From: Botryllus schlosseri
Lineage: Eukaryota
Assembly: GCA_051294905.1 (NCBI GenBank)
Contig: CM119384.1
Span: 5,580,001-5,644,000, forward strand
DNA: 64,000 bases
Direction: 5' to 3'
Below are positions 26,653 to 40,507 of the stretch, piece by piece (the stretch's first letter is position 1; every line of letters begins with the position of its first letter). The position numbers and the translations under genes were made by a program. The notes beneath the pieces were generated by a model that made no database searches, was not told where the DNA came from, and worked only from the letters and a program-made list of their open reading frames with translations.

Positions 26653-27936
26653 GGCCGGTTGCCAATTGCCATATACGTCCGGAATTTCCCGGACATGTCC
26701 GTAATTTGAGTGTTCAAACTAGCGTCCGGGAGGAAATCCTAAAATATGCTTAAATGTCCGGATTTTTGATGGCCCGAAGAAGGCTCGAAATTATTTCGTG
26801 AATCAAAATATACATTGAAATTTTTGGTTCAAAATTTTAATACTTGGAGTTTTCTTCGCGCTGCGCGTGATTTAGCGTCACGTATTGATCCACATTGATT
26901 TTAATATCGGAATATCCCTCTCGCAAAAATTTAAATTTAAATGGCCGATCATTTTCTGAAATAAGTCTAATCGTAATCGCAATTATAAGAAACGGTTAAC
27001 GCCGTTTGGATGTTTTAGTGCAGTGGTTCCCATATAATGGAGGCAGGGTGTGAAAGCATCGAAAGGGGGCGCGAAGATACGGTCGACTCCGCGTGATTTA
27101 CCTGCAATTCATGGTTATTTATCTGAGTATATTGAGTATTTCTCGTTTGAGAAATGTCTCATTAGCATTACTATAGCCTTACATGCCATCAGAGTATCGG
27201 TTGGGATTACTAGCATTCTGGATACATTTTGTGAAATGACGACAAGGGGACGCGAAATTTTTCACTATCATAAAGGGGGGCGTATCTAAAAAAGTTTGGA
27301 AACCACTGCTTTTTAAAAAAGAGGTTCTGAATCTGAGGGTTGTTGATTGCACTTTTCTGGAATCGCGGTGATATTTTGAACGTAATCAGCTGCCTATTTC
27401 ATTCTGAGTAAGTCGGTCAAAATTGCTGCCATGTTTTTAGTAATCAGCTCAACAAATTTTGAGATGGACGACGGAGCATTTTCATGTTGGAAATGGAGTC
27501 GCAACCATGAAAGGTTGGGTTTGCGAGTGGCATTAACATGACTTGATGATGTACATTGTAGATATACGTGCATGCCCGCATTTTTGAACTTGTCACCACC
27601 ACCATCACTTTACCGTCAACTCTGGTCACGTGGGCGTGGAGGCGATAAAACTTTTAATAGTAATATCAGAGCCTTTACAAAGCCTTTGTAAAAGCTATGG
27701 TAATATAGGAATGAAACAATATTATTGACGGAATTAATTTATGAAGTTAAACCGTTTTTCGTGCTCGGCGTGACTAGAAACCAGATGCCATAAATCTACT
27801 CCTTTGTACAATTGATTAACAAACCCTTGCTAGTGTGACGTCATATTGAAAGACAATTTGATCCTACCTTATTTTGAAGCCCACTAGTGCGTTAAAGAGT
27901 GTCCGGAATATGCGTCACGAAAATATGGCAACGCTA
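26653..27936. mobile_element. hAT non-autonomous element, inverted relative of 44580-45678
   Basis: Both ends are homologous to 44580-45678 (gtccggaatttcccggacatgtccg; ccactagtg...aaagagtgtccggaat). Left TIR decayed; nested cagtggttcc-type MITE at ~27020-27308. Confidence 0.65.
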
Positions 27937-28443
27937 TACCCAACCGTATCGTACCGTCAACCGGCCTATCAATGTAAACAGAATCGTTCATACAGTTCCT
28001 AGGTTGACAAGAAGGAAACTGTCATGTATACAAATTTAATTCAAGAATTGGAAGTGAAACAATCACCGACCTGACTTCTGCATCCCTTGGTTCCTCGGCC
28101 TCTTCGTGCTCCTGTATACAGTAAATATCGACTATTACCGGTACGGTTTTGGTAAAATGAGCAATGGATATCTATGGCCTAACATTTGACAAGTCGTATG
28201 CATCGTAAAAATGCTATTAAATAGATTTAGAAAAATCTTACTCACTAGCTAACATGCCATGGGTCACAGTAATGAAAGTCTCATTCCTTCAATCCAATAA
28301 TATACTTTTGACGAACCTGCACTACCGTAGAGGAAGAGAAACATAGGACCGGAGAACATTTCGGGGCTTCCAAATTTCGCTGCAAAACACAAGCTCATCA
28401 ATCCATTAACTTTATCTTTACGCATATATGCCTGTACAATGTA

Positions 28444-29301
28444 CCGTAATTTTCCATGTATAATGCGCAAAATTTTACCGATTTTTTTGCCCTAAAATAG
28501 TGGGGTGCGTATTATACATGGGTACAGCAAGCCTTGAAAAAAAATCCCTCGATCAAAAACTTGAAATCACGCCTTTCTTCATGTTTGTTTAAATCGCGGA
28601 TCACCTCTAGCCATTGAGCCCCGTAATTCGTATTATCGAGTGTAACGCGCTGCCAAATAAAGAGTCATGTTGCCAATTAACGAAAAGCGTGTTTCTAATT
28701 AACGAGTGTCGTCTGCAAAGCACGCGATCTCTTGCTGAGTTGATTTGCCGTTTGCACGCAAGCGAAATTAGGTCACTGATTGATTGCGGCGTGCGCGGCA
28801 ATCCTTGTTGATTCATCGCGTCCTTGTTGATGCATCGCGTCAACGACAGGCCGTAACAATCTCATACACAAGATGCCATGTACGCAAGATATAATCGCTT
28901 GGGTAATCAGTCGCATCTCCAACAGGGCTGGTGCGCCCGACATAACCGTTGGCCTGAGCAATCGCATCTGTAATTGTAATAGGCCACGTGCGCAAGATGT
29001 CGTGTGTCGCTCGCCTGAGCTATCGCGTCGCCGACCTCAAAGGCTTTGGCTACTATCTACTCTCGTTTAGAGACAATGCCGTTAATTGTAATATGATTAG
29101 CGATCATTATGTCATGATTGTTCGACAGTGACATCGCAAAACAGAACAACATCGAATACTAAACCGCAACTATTCATGTACTCATGTACTGCGAATGCAG
29201 GGTGCGTACTATACATGGGCACAGGCTTTTTCCCAGAATATACACGTCATTTTAAGGGTGCGTATTATACATGGGGGCGCACTATATTCGGAAAATTACG
29301 G
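28444..29301. mobile_element. Tc1/mariner (pogo/Tigger-like) MITE
   Basis: TIRs ccgtaattttcc/ggaaaattacgg flanked by TA; repeated subterminal ggtgcgtattatacatggg. Confidence 0.8.
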
Positions 29302-30708
29302 TATATTTGAAACATAACTATAGTTAGAAATCAACCACAGCAATTGAACAAGACTGAAGGGCAATTAGAGATCGGCACTCGAGGCAGAAGATAGCCCGAC
29401 TTCCAATATGTGCGATGTGCTTTCATGATGCTTACGCGCTCAAGATTACACCATTTATGTTTTATACTATACTGGCAACTATCACAAGAAGGTATACACA
29501 AAAGAGAACAAGGACAGACACCTCGGCAGCGTCGACACCAGTCTTAGTTGGGGCATTGACATTGCATGTTAAAGAAATAGGCGATCTTATCGTACAGAAT
29601 TTATATGTAGCATCGAGGCCTATTGCATTGCAATAAGAGTCATTAAAAGGTATGAGAATTGATGAAATGTACTCGGACTATTATCACCGTATAGCGACTG
29701 GGCTTATGCAAATGTGCATTTATAGCTGAGCAAAATCGAGAAGGCTATACCTGAGTGATTGAGATCAAAATCGAATATTAATCTTTGAGTCAATGCATTC
29801 GTTAATCACATATCATAAGTGTGTTGGTGATGCAGAGACTTGAAAAAGAAGATATTACCCGTTCTACACCATATTCGATATAATCTGATATGTTTCGATT
29901 ATACACATCTTTCGTTGCACTTTATGTAGGGCTGCATTTAAAACAAACGATGTTTTAAACGGTGTTTCTAAAAAAGACCTTTTTAAAAAAACAAAATTGT
30001 GTTTTTTCAAGTTGTAAAATTATGCCCTATTTGTGTAAATACTTAACAGAAAACATGTTGCATGAGCCTACGGACAATTACCACCCGACGTTTATCGATA
30101 CGGGATGGTAGGAACCCTCAAAGTATAGTCGGTTCAACAGCAATAGTAAAGGCTTAAAAACATCAAAAATCAATAAAAACATGTTTTAAATCAGGGCCTT
30201 GTTTTAAAAATGTTTGTTGATAAATGATTTTTGTTTTAAATGCAACCCTAACTTTATGACAATGTTGCGAGTTGGCAGTGGACCCAACCCGGGTCGTATT
30301 CAACTTACCGCTATCGATGATGCAGCTATAACTCCGGTCAGAAGATTTGTCGCTAAGTAACCCAACAGTCAGCCAGGAAATGAGTACACACAGCCTCAAT
30401 GCTATGATGGTTACCTGCAACCGAATTCGATGAAATGGCTGACAATGGCAATGTCATTCGGGGTAGCAACTATAGGCCTATCACTACCAAAAATTGCAGC
30501 AATATTAGCATTTCTTTCTGATCGTTACACTGTGTAACGGTAATGTTGAAATTTTACTTGTACAATTGGTTCACGAGTGATACAGCCATTAAAAAATCGA
30601 ACACGCGCGTTGCAAATACCGTCGAAATCATAAACATTTTTCGACAAATACTTGGCCGCAATGTTCGTAATTTATTGCTACGTACGGTCTTTATAATTTT
30701 ATCACATC

Positions 30709-31760
30709 AGAGAGAGAGAGAGAGTCTTTATTTTCATCAAACCAAAATACATAACAAACGGCAGTGATGGTGGTACAGAAAATATGCGTGCACAGTATTC
30801 GGTATTAGATAGGAATGATCGATAAGACCGTGAAGGTCATCTAGTCTGATCACACCAACATCAAACAGGTACACTTTGTGGAAGACCTCCTGATATAGTC
30901 GATGTAAAGAGATTCACAATAGTTTTTAGACAGCTTTATTTCCCCGTCCTCACGGCAGCAAGTTCAGATCAGAAGGGGCGTGCATTCTTATGGGTCCACC
31001 AAGTGTCCATTTACCGGAGTCGGAGCTAGACACTTGGCGGCCCTAGAAATAACAGTACCATCACAATAGTAACTAACAATCATCACATACACCCATAATG
31101 GGTGGGCTGTCACACACTTGACTCTGAACAGTCTGGCTGTAAAAAAATGTTTAGTTAAGAAAGGAAAATAGAAAAAAAATCAAACAATAGTAGCAAATGA
31201 TCAATGAAGCAATGTCTGGGCGAGGTAGGGCAACAGTGTTAGTGTAACGACAAGAGGTGATCAAGTAGGGCTTTTTTGAATCTATTATAAGGCAATTCAC
31301 GGATATGTGGTGGTAATGCATTCCAGGTGATAGGTCCCGAGTAGTCGATAGATCTCTTAGTTAGGTTGCTATTGGGTGGGGGTAAGTAGATGTTTCCTTT
31401 AGACGAGGATCTCGTGTAATGGGAATGGACATGTTTAGCAGGTATGAAAAAGTCATCAAACACAGGAGGCAGACTATTGGAAAAATATTTGTGAACAACT
31501 TTTGATACTTCGAAGCGATATAGTTCATCAACTCGCAAAATTCGATGCTTACGGTAGTAAGGCGCTGAATTGGTACGTAAAGGTACAGATGAGATCAGCC
31601 GTATCGCACGGTTTTGCAGGGTTCGAATTCTGCACAAAAATGTTGTGCCTGCATTTCCCCATACTACGATTCCATATTGCAGATGAGAGTGGAAAAGAGA
31701 GAAGTAGATGGTTCGTAGTACTGATCTGGAAACCAAAGATTGGAGACGGGTCATCATATG
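30709..31760 (-). mobile_element. 5'-truncated L2/Crack-clade LINE (end of ORF2 plus 3' UTR)
   Basis: ORF 31757-31239 (IYFSLFHSHLQYGIVVWG...LQNRAIRLI...YSGPITWNALP) is typical post-RT sequence of CR1/L2-group LINEs; AATAAA and (CT)n tail at 30709-30735. Confidence 0.9.
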
Positions 31761-31792
31761 AGACTCCTGCCCATTTCAATTGATCCGCTTAC

Positions 31793-32000
31793 CCCGCAGC
31801 CGAAGATTATTTTTATTTTCGTTCCCAGGTAGCTTACAACTCGAATTTCTTCTTTGATGAATTCAACAGTTCCCGGGGGCAGCGCCACAAGCAAACCGTT
31901 GGCTAGCACCCTCTTATTCGGGTAGTCTGGCATAATACTCTTTTATCTTCTGTTACTGTGATATGCACTCACTTGAAATAAATACAAGCGTCCTCAATAA
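31793..32000 (-). pseudogene. Decayed paralogue of the 4143-4433 exon
   Basis: KFIEDACIYFK*VH...(frameshift)MPDYPNKRVLANGLLVALPPGTVEFIKEEIRVVSYLGTKIKIIFGCG, then a GTAAGC donor. Confidence 0.5.
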
Positions 32001-33055
32001 ATTTGATTCAAATTCTTATAGGTAAAGAGTAATTGTTTTTAGTGTAAAAATCACCACAGTCTGATGTGCATGTGCAATGTGCTGTGCATATCCACCTACG
32101 GCGAATTACAAGCTCGCAAATAGGCCTAATCCTCCGCTATATATCCTATAACTACTTTTATCAAGATTTTCCAGCTTTTTATTCTACCTCAGCTATAACT
32201 ATATAAAATAGTTTAATAATGATTATCTCTACTTATTATATCTTTTTACGACTTCACAATCATACAGCAATTGTCATACGGCCCCAGCAGGTATAAATCA
32301 TATAATATGCATGCATACCCTCATCACGGGTAAGAATTTTATAACACGTTCGTAATGATGAACATGTACCATCAATATGTCAGGGATTTATCGAAGCCGG
32401 GTTGGGGTTTTTGGGTTAGGGTTGGACCAAACAGGACTCGAAACAATAATAAATATGTGTTGCTAATATTTTCGAAATTCTCATTCTAATCTAAAGGATA
32501 TTTTGCTGCAACTTTGTAAATCGCTACTGAACATCCAGAACCTTTTTCGTGGTCAAAATCAAGTTGAAATTCGAAAATTTCATTAAATTCTCAGGCTTGG
32601 GCCGGTTTCGAGATCTACTAAATAGGGAGATAACTCTACGGTCGTTCTGTAATTCGGTTCAAGCAAAAATAGCTTTATTCTGCAACATGGAGCTATATAT
32701 TCTGATAGTAAAATTTGTAAATTCTACTGCGTTGTTCCCAAACGTTGTTTGTGAATAGGAACAACAGAAAAATGCAATTCCCGAATTTGATGACATGGAC
32801 TCTTTGCATTTTCTTCGATACTTCTGAGAAAACTGGCCATCCATAGTCATTAGTCATACAGGACATCACTCAGTACCCTCTTCTACTTATAGTCTGTGGT
32901 GACTGTGTGAAAATGTAATTGTGGTAGCAATAGCAATATATATGTATTTCTTGTATTTGTAAACTTGGCGCCTGTATATCATATGAAAAGAATCCCATGC
33001 CCTGGAACGTGAAAAATACAGAAATAATACCATAAATATGGACAACCAATTCGAA

Positions 33056-34618
33056 CAGGGGCGGGCAACTTCTCCAAGTCGGCGGGCCGGATATAGGAAA
33101 ATTAAGTATACTTGGCGGGCCGGATTGCTGAATCGATACATTATTCGCCCATTTATCCACGTTTACCAGGAATAAATCGTATTTAATGAATGTATTTTAA
33201 CGACAGCAATGCAACTTCAAAGCCATTTCTCGCCAATAATGACGAAGACAATGTGGATTTGAGAACAGCACTGTGATATAGCAGGGGTGGCCAATCTTTT
33301 TGCCAGTCACGGCCGCATTTCGACTACTCATGTAGCCTACGGCCGCATTCCAGGGAATAGTCGTAATGAACTAGCAGGACGCCAAATACTCATGTTAAAG
33401 TGTCTATGTCCATTTCCGGCGAACTCCGTACTATAATCTATTAAATAATGTAGGCTGTTCAGTGTTCATAGTCGCGCCAAGCGCAAATTTTTTTTCTGAT
33501 TCATTCATGGATTTCGTCATTAAAATTAGCAGTTCTACATATTATTTCTCATCCCATGTGATCAGATTCACCGGTAGAGTTGGTGGACGGTCGGTCAGGG
33601 CATGCCAATTATTATTAGTCACTTTGTTGCATGCTGTTCTTTGCATGTCTTGACCTCCCGTCAGGATTGTCGATATAGTGAGGAGAACACGATTCCGAGT
33701 TGGTATTTCTATATGTGGCGCATCTGTTCGCAACTGTATTGTGGGGGTCTGATTGTAAAGTGCGCAACTATATTAAAATCGAAAAATAAAGTCGCATTGA
33801 ATCGCGCGCTGCGCGAAGAAACTTTCAAGAATAATAAAAATCTTTCAAGAAATCGGGAGTCAATTCGTAAATTCAAATTATACGTCGACGGCCGCCAGCA
33901 CCTACTAATTGAATTACGTGTCCACGGCCGCACAAATTTGCTTCTACGGCCGCAGGTTGGCCACCCATGTCATACAGGTATACCACCATGTCTGCTTCTC
34001 TCTGATCAATCAACACACGGTGCAATCCTTTATTAAGATTTCAAGGCGTTCAATAAGCCCGGTACCCCAAATTTACCAAGATATCAATGCGTTAGGGTTA
34101 AGTAGGTGACGAGATAGCGTGGTTGTTAAACTGTGCGGCCTGTCTATCTCGATATTGAATTCATGCGGGCCGCGGCCTTGAAATTTGAAATTGGCCCGCG
34201 ACCCGTTTTCAGTTGACGACACCTGGCATAATCGGTGTCTTACAAAAGCCTAGAAGTGTGCGCCGTGCTACAAGTCGGCGGTTACGGAATCAAAAATAAG
34301 AGATATCGGCCTGGTGTAAATGACTATTGTCGTCGACAAACACCATTATTATCACAAATGACATTAGGGTTCAGTACATCGTAAATGCCGATAATGCAAG
34401 TCTTCTCGCTTCGACGAACTTACGCGTAAGCTCCACCCTCGCTCGCTGTACAGTGTACAGTACATACATATGTATAAAAACATACAATCACTAAAATGTA
34501 TGTGAGCAAGTAGTGGGGAATCTCGGAAGACTGGGGCCGGCGGGCCACATTATCATGTAAGACGAAAAACTGTCCGCGGGCCGGATCCGGCCCGCGGGCC
34601 GTATGTTGCCCACCCCTG
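33056..34618. mobile_element. hAT non-autonomous element with a nested hAT MITE (33282-33969)
   Basis: Outer TIRs caggggcgggcaac/gttgcccacccctg, TSD aattcgaa/aattagaa. Inner TIRs caggggtggccaa/ttggccacccatg, TSD tgatatag/tcatacag. The empty site tcatacag is seen in the copy at 52822. Confidence 0.8.
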
Positions 34619-35375
34619 AATTAGAATGAAGGGACTGTGGACTGTTAGGTTCGTATACGAGGTAAATAGGCGAAATAGGTTTAATTAAACGATACCCTGT
34701 GAAGATAAACACGTATATAACCATATATTTTCCAACTTCGAAAGAATTGTGCAAATAGCAACGATACAATTTAGCCTATGCAGGAAACTGTATAGTGTAT
34801 AGTGTATATGTATAGATATCCCACAAGTTTAGGTTGTTGCCTTTCCGATATCTAAGTGTTGGAGGTTTACCTAGGCTCCTCCTCGCCACCTCATCCGCGG
34901 TGTCTTACAAAAGCCTAGAGGTGGGCCGTGCTATTAGTCGGCAGTTACGGAAAATAAGAAGAATATCGGCCTGGTGTAAATGACCATAGTAGTCGACAAA
35001 CACCATGAATACCCCAAAAACAAAACAAAGGTGGTTGCCTTAATATCTTCAGCAAGTATTTGAAGTGTATCGTTTATTTGCAGCCAAGAAACGAGCCAAA
35101 ATAAATCGTTTGTAGACTCGAAATAGTTTGCTCGTAATCTACATTTCTATGAATTATTATTTGCTGGTTGGCCATATCTCTTCTGAAGATTCCCGTTGCA
35201 CATTGCACAATAACGCTGTACGAAGATGTTTAACCTACTCTAGAGACGCGGGCTTTTATCGTAATTAGTTGGACATTATGGTACTGAAACATGCGATCAC
35301 GACTAGCCTCTATGCTACTCAGAATCCATGGAAAAGTGATCAGATCCTGATTGTTAATGATTACATTCATTTGAC

Positions 35376-37161
35376 CAGTGGCGGCTCGTCCTATAGGGCA
35401 ACTGGGGCATTGCCCCACCTAAAATTCTGTTCAATGACAATTATTTACCATTTATAGATTCACAACAATCAATATATACCGAAATAACAGCGAAACCCGC
35501 ATTATTCTTGTGCTTTCGCTTGTAAATGCCCATACCTAGCGAAGTTTCTGCGAAAATCGAATTCTCTTCTGTGTTTTCGCTTTGTGAATGCCTAGCCGGG
35601 GCTTGCCCCGGTAGCGCTCATAAAAAGCTTTCACTGTCTATTCTCTCAAAGCCGCGCACAATAAAGAAACGGTGATTTATTCTCTCGTCATGTATCGCAA
35701 ACAGATTTTACTCAAAAGCGGGTATTGGTCACCATTGATTTTGACGATGCTCCATACCGAGATCGGTCATGACATTTGGCATATTTGGTCGTAGTGTTAG
35801 TATCGATCGCTGTACCAAGTTTTAAGTTTATTACTGAACTATGTGGGTGGTAATTTCGTATCCTAAGTCGAGTGAGAGCTGACTCGCCATTTATCACGAA
35901 CAGATTTTACGCAATACCGGTATTGGTCTGTATCGATTTTAACGATGCTCCATACCTATATCCGTCTTGAGCTTTTGGACGGTATATCTTGATTTCAGTA
36001 TCGGACGCTGTGCCAAGTCCCGAGGTTGACACTCAATGATTAGGGCATCAATTTCATTATGGAGGTCGAGTATTTTGGGCCTAACGCTGACTACCGCATT
36101 GCGGATTTCACGCAAAAGCCGGCGTTGGTCTGTGCTAATTTTAACTGTGTTTCATACTGAGATAGATGATGAGATGATGATCTCATGAAACAGTTTACTA
36201 AGATTCTCGGCTGGCATTCAAATATTCACTTTATTTTATATTCTCCAATGTCAATTTCACCGTGAAATTGTGGCCTTCAAGCCATTTGCTGACAACCCGA
36301 TATCAAGCGCGTTAGCTATAGTTCGTTTTCGATGGCGGCTAACTGCTGATCAATTGATCAGCCTATTCCTCAATATATTTTACGCAAAATTCAGTGTTTT
36401 TACGCAAGACTCGGCTCTTATCAGCCTGGAAATTGTCCAATGTCCATTGATCTAATCGTACACGGGAGGAAAGCGCACTCTTACCTTTTCCCAACGTATT
36501 GCGATAAAAAATGAAAGGCTGGCGTATAAGCGAGGATAAGGACGCCATGTTATATACTTTTACACTGCTGGTGCCAGGGGACAGTGTCTCTAGTTCGACC
36601 GAAATTGGGTATCGTATCGTGATCTGAAGCATGTGGTCTACTGCAAACGGTGTCTCGATATTACCCGATAGTCGATAGTGCTCGGCTCGAGTGGACTTGT
36701 TTATATTCTAATGCATCTTTTTCTGAAGTAGTAACCACTAGCGAACTTTTAAAATTCCTGTAGTTGAAAAATCGCTTTCTATTAACTTTGCTGCAGTAAT
36801 TAGACTCGATGCGTTAGATGTGCTCCCGATTCTCAACGCTCTCATTCTGGGTATTCCAGATTTCAATCAACTCGTCATTGAGCATTTTGCAACTATGAAT
36901 TCACGCCGCGCGCAATAGGCCTGCTGATGCAAATGTTAAAATATGCAGGTATGAACAACTGTACTTGATATTTTCTTTCGAATAATTTGAAATACGTGAG
37001 TCTTGTTTACCATGCTTAATGTATATACCCCATACAAACTGTGTGTGACCACGACGAAGTCACATTTTCACGTCGGAATACACTATTGTGACGTCATTTA
37101 GACAATTAAAATCGCGTACACCCCTTGCCCCACCATCCTATATTATCACGAGCCGCCACTG
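35376..37161. mobile_element. Second, shorter copy of the 5503-8164 hAT element
   Basis: Same TIRs and collinear interior; lacks a ~500-bp internal block; TSD not clean. Confidence 0.85.
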
Positions 37162-37510
37162 CCATCTTGTATGATATAAATCCAGCGATTATAGTTTGTG
37201 CGTTTATTTTCTCACGGATGGGTATAGTGTATTGTACCACATCAATTTGTTAAACTTCTCGAGACTTCGAGCCGATTGGCTGCTAATAACAGACTGTTGC
37301 ATGTTGGTATACATAGTAACTCATGTATTTTATTTGCAGTTCTACGTGTGCATGAGCGATACAACGCCTTCTTGCAGGCATATTTAACTTTATATTAGCT
37401 ATTTGATTCAAGATAAATGGCCAATTATTCTGTCTTTCACACAGCTACCAAAATGTAATGACTTTGAATCGTCACCGATACTTCGAAAATTCAATTTGAC
37501 TTGAATTATA

Positions 37511-37695
37511 ACTTGACTCGTGACTCGACTTGACTTGACTTGACTTGACTCGAGTCACCTCCAAAAAACGAGTGACTTGACTTACTCGAGTCACCTTCGA
37601 AAATCGATTGACTTGACTTGACTTGACTCAAGTCAAAATGTGCAATTACTCGAGATGACTCGTGACTCGAAGGTAGTGACTTGATCCCAACACTG
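37511..37695. mobile_element. MITE end rich in GACTC/GACTT subterminal repeats (relative at 63803-63972)
   Basis: Arrays of gactcgagtc and (gactt)n ending in gatcccaacactg. Confidence 0.6.
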
Positions 37696-38050
37696 CGGAG
37701 GACGTCCAAATTTCCTCATTTTTTGACATTTTGTCCTATTTTTTGAGAATTTTGGTTAAATATAGGGCGAAATTCGACTGAGATACAGTTAATCTGCACT
37801 GAAGTCACGCTCCGGCGGCTATTTCGGGAGCTGGGCCGGAAAGTATATCTTTTTTTAGTCAACCAACTGGTAATGTGAAAGAAAAACTGTATTTTGGAAG
37901 CCGAGCCAGAAGGTTGACCTTTTTTTCTAGTCAAACGACCACGAAGTGAAAAATATTTACCATTTTTTCAGGATTTTCCTCTGGTATTGCAAGTCTGAAA
38001 GTTTTGAAAAAGTGTCCTCTTTTCAGATTTTCTAAAATATGGTAGCCCTA
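37696..38050. mobile_element. Truncated hAT MITE of the TAGGGTTACC family
   Basis: Right TIR atatggtagcccta; interior similar to 54141-54520. Confidence 0.6.
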
Positions 38051-39152
38051 ACTTAGCGGGACTATTAGTTCGATCAGTTTCGAGCATATTGACGGTTGTA
38101 CATAATTTCAATGATATTGTTAACAATTTCACGAACTCGTTTGCTTATTGGCAAAAGTTAGGGGAGCCACAAAGTGTTCATAGGATGAATCGGAAAAATA
38201 AATTTGATTTGTTGTTTTGCGTTTTTTTTTTGTAACTTTTACCTCTAACTGTACCAAGGAAATGTAAAAAAACATCATCAAAGTCAAACGTATCAATTCT
38301 ACTTTCGTTTTACTGCCGGCAAAAAATGTCCTCTTATTGGGTGCTAGAAATATGGTAGGCCTAGATCTGACACTTCTAGCGTTGTGATCGAGCTGGCTCA
38401 CTGGCTGACAGTAATAATAGACAACAACTTTTCGTTGTTGCACCTTACATTATTTCGTCTTCACTCCTCACATCGACAGTCTCTCGCTCACCCTTCATAT
38501 TTTTACAAACATTCTGACGTCATCACTATTTATTATCGTGATTCTGTAATTGCATCATCCCGTGCTGAGTCGCAATCTTACTGAGCTAGACCATATATAT
38601 GTTATCGATGAGACTTGGCAGAAAATATTCGCCTATAACAACAGTCCAGATGCCCAAGCCCCCTTTTGATCTTCGATCCCTGTGAAAATATAGCGCCAAA
38701 ACTTTTGTGAAGGGCTCTAAACAATCGGCGCAATGTCAACACGAGCACAAAGTGAAGGCGACGATTATGTGATTTCATGTGAACCAATCTTCAAAATAGT
38801 CACCATAACTAAGGCTTCTATTAGGAATATGCATATCGCACAAAGGAAATCGAGCATTCTTGTGTTGTTCATAGTACTGACGTGCCTCCTACGACAGTAC
38901 GTGTTGGAGTTCTACACCTTTGATCACCGAATATATAGTTCCGGTGTCATTCATTTTGACATAGTCCAATATTTGACAATTTATACGATTCTTTCATTAT
39001 AATATTTTGCGATTATCGCTTCTTTTCGATGGTTGATCCAGGACGTGTTCGGTAAAATACAGGAACCGTTGTGATGCTTGAATTCAAGCCGTGACATTTT
39101 ACGCATCAACTCGATATAGATATGGACTCGACTCACCGCGACCATATGGGTC

Positions 39153-39162
39153 AGAGAGAGAT

Positions 39163-39207
<45 letters not shown>
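39153..39207. repeat. (GA)n microsatellite
   Basis: Directly visible. Confidence 0.95.
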
Positions 39208-39209
<2 letters not shown>

Positions 39210-40507
39210 ACATTACCATCGAGCCTTATTTTAGGTGGTATAGCCCTATACATTTCATATCACACGATGTACAATTGAAAAATATTCTATGTATTCGCGC
39301 ACAATGTCGAAACACACAGATTTTGCCTTTGCATTTCTTCTGTCGTATCGTTTGGCCGTCCACTTTACCTTACACCCTTACATAACAGAGTTTGAAGGTA
39401 AAGACTATGGTATAACCAAAATGCAATTAAATAATTTCGCTACATCGAATACTGTTTTGAGTCCGTACCGTGTTTGTGTTTACCACGATATTTCATGTAT
39501 TGGCAACTGCATGCAATATATTGAAACTTTTATTGAACAGAAAGCATATAAGCCTTGCAATCCTCCGAAATAATTAAGGATTTTATTTTCCAAAACGCGT
39601 ATTGGTACGTACAGTCCAGCCGATACCGAATTCTGATGCTGAAAATACTGGCAATACCCCATATTTTCATCCCGCGACCGGCATGCATTTTCCCAAGTTC
39701 ACATTGACCAAGTGCGCTAAACAAGAGTATCGTGTTTGCTCCGCGTCTGCTGCCTGATCACTTCTCGCTGCATACGCGTGGCATGATGAACGAGTACTCG
39801 ATGTTGAATTCTTGAAATTGAGTGTGTGCAGCGAAGGAACGTACCAGCTAGACTTCCGTTTATCTCGAGTGTTTTTACCTGTGGTGTGAGAAGGTGTCCT
39901 GCAAACGCGATGGGAAATTGTAAGATTGGATAACGAATCATCAATCAGTCTATGCAGTTTATTTAAAAACGATTGCATGGCGGACTCATCCCAGCAACGA
40001 GATGCAGATATTTTAATTCCGTCCACTTTTCACAAGACTTATAGTTATAAATGTATATATTTTACAGTTGTACACAGAACACGCAGTAATGATTGTTCTA
40101 CCCATACAAAGAGAGGCCAAGAATCAAACGATTCACGTAAGTGATATAAACATAGGTTCCACGCATTGAGTGCAGCCTAATTAATAATAACATTATATTT
40201 AAATAATATAAAGGAACCACTGTATCTATTGCGCTGTTGAAACTCTGATTTTCATTGTGCGTGAATTGAAAATAAGTTTTGCATTACGCCACCCCGCACA
40301 AACCACTGAATGTATGCATGATGATATCGCCTTTCGCAATCAAGGTAAAACCAAACCATTTCGTCACTTTCACCTTTTGTATTTTCGTACGTAATTTGGT
40401 GCGAGTGTGTCCTCTCTCAGGATACCATATTGTGGGGGCTTCATTTCAGAACTGCTTTCGGATTTGATCATATCATTTTGTTCTTTCTGTAAACCATAAA
40501 GAAAATG

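Noticed and set aside
37511-37695. Regular short repeats resembling a CRISPR array (also 63803-63972)
   Set aside because: No unique spacers, no cas genes, eukaryotic context; these are MITE subterminal repeats.
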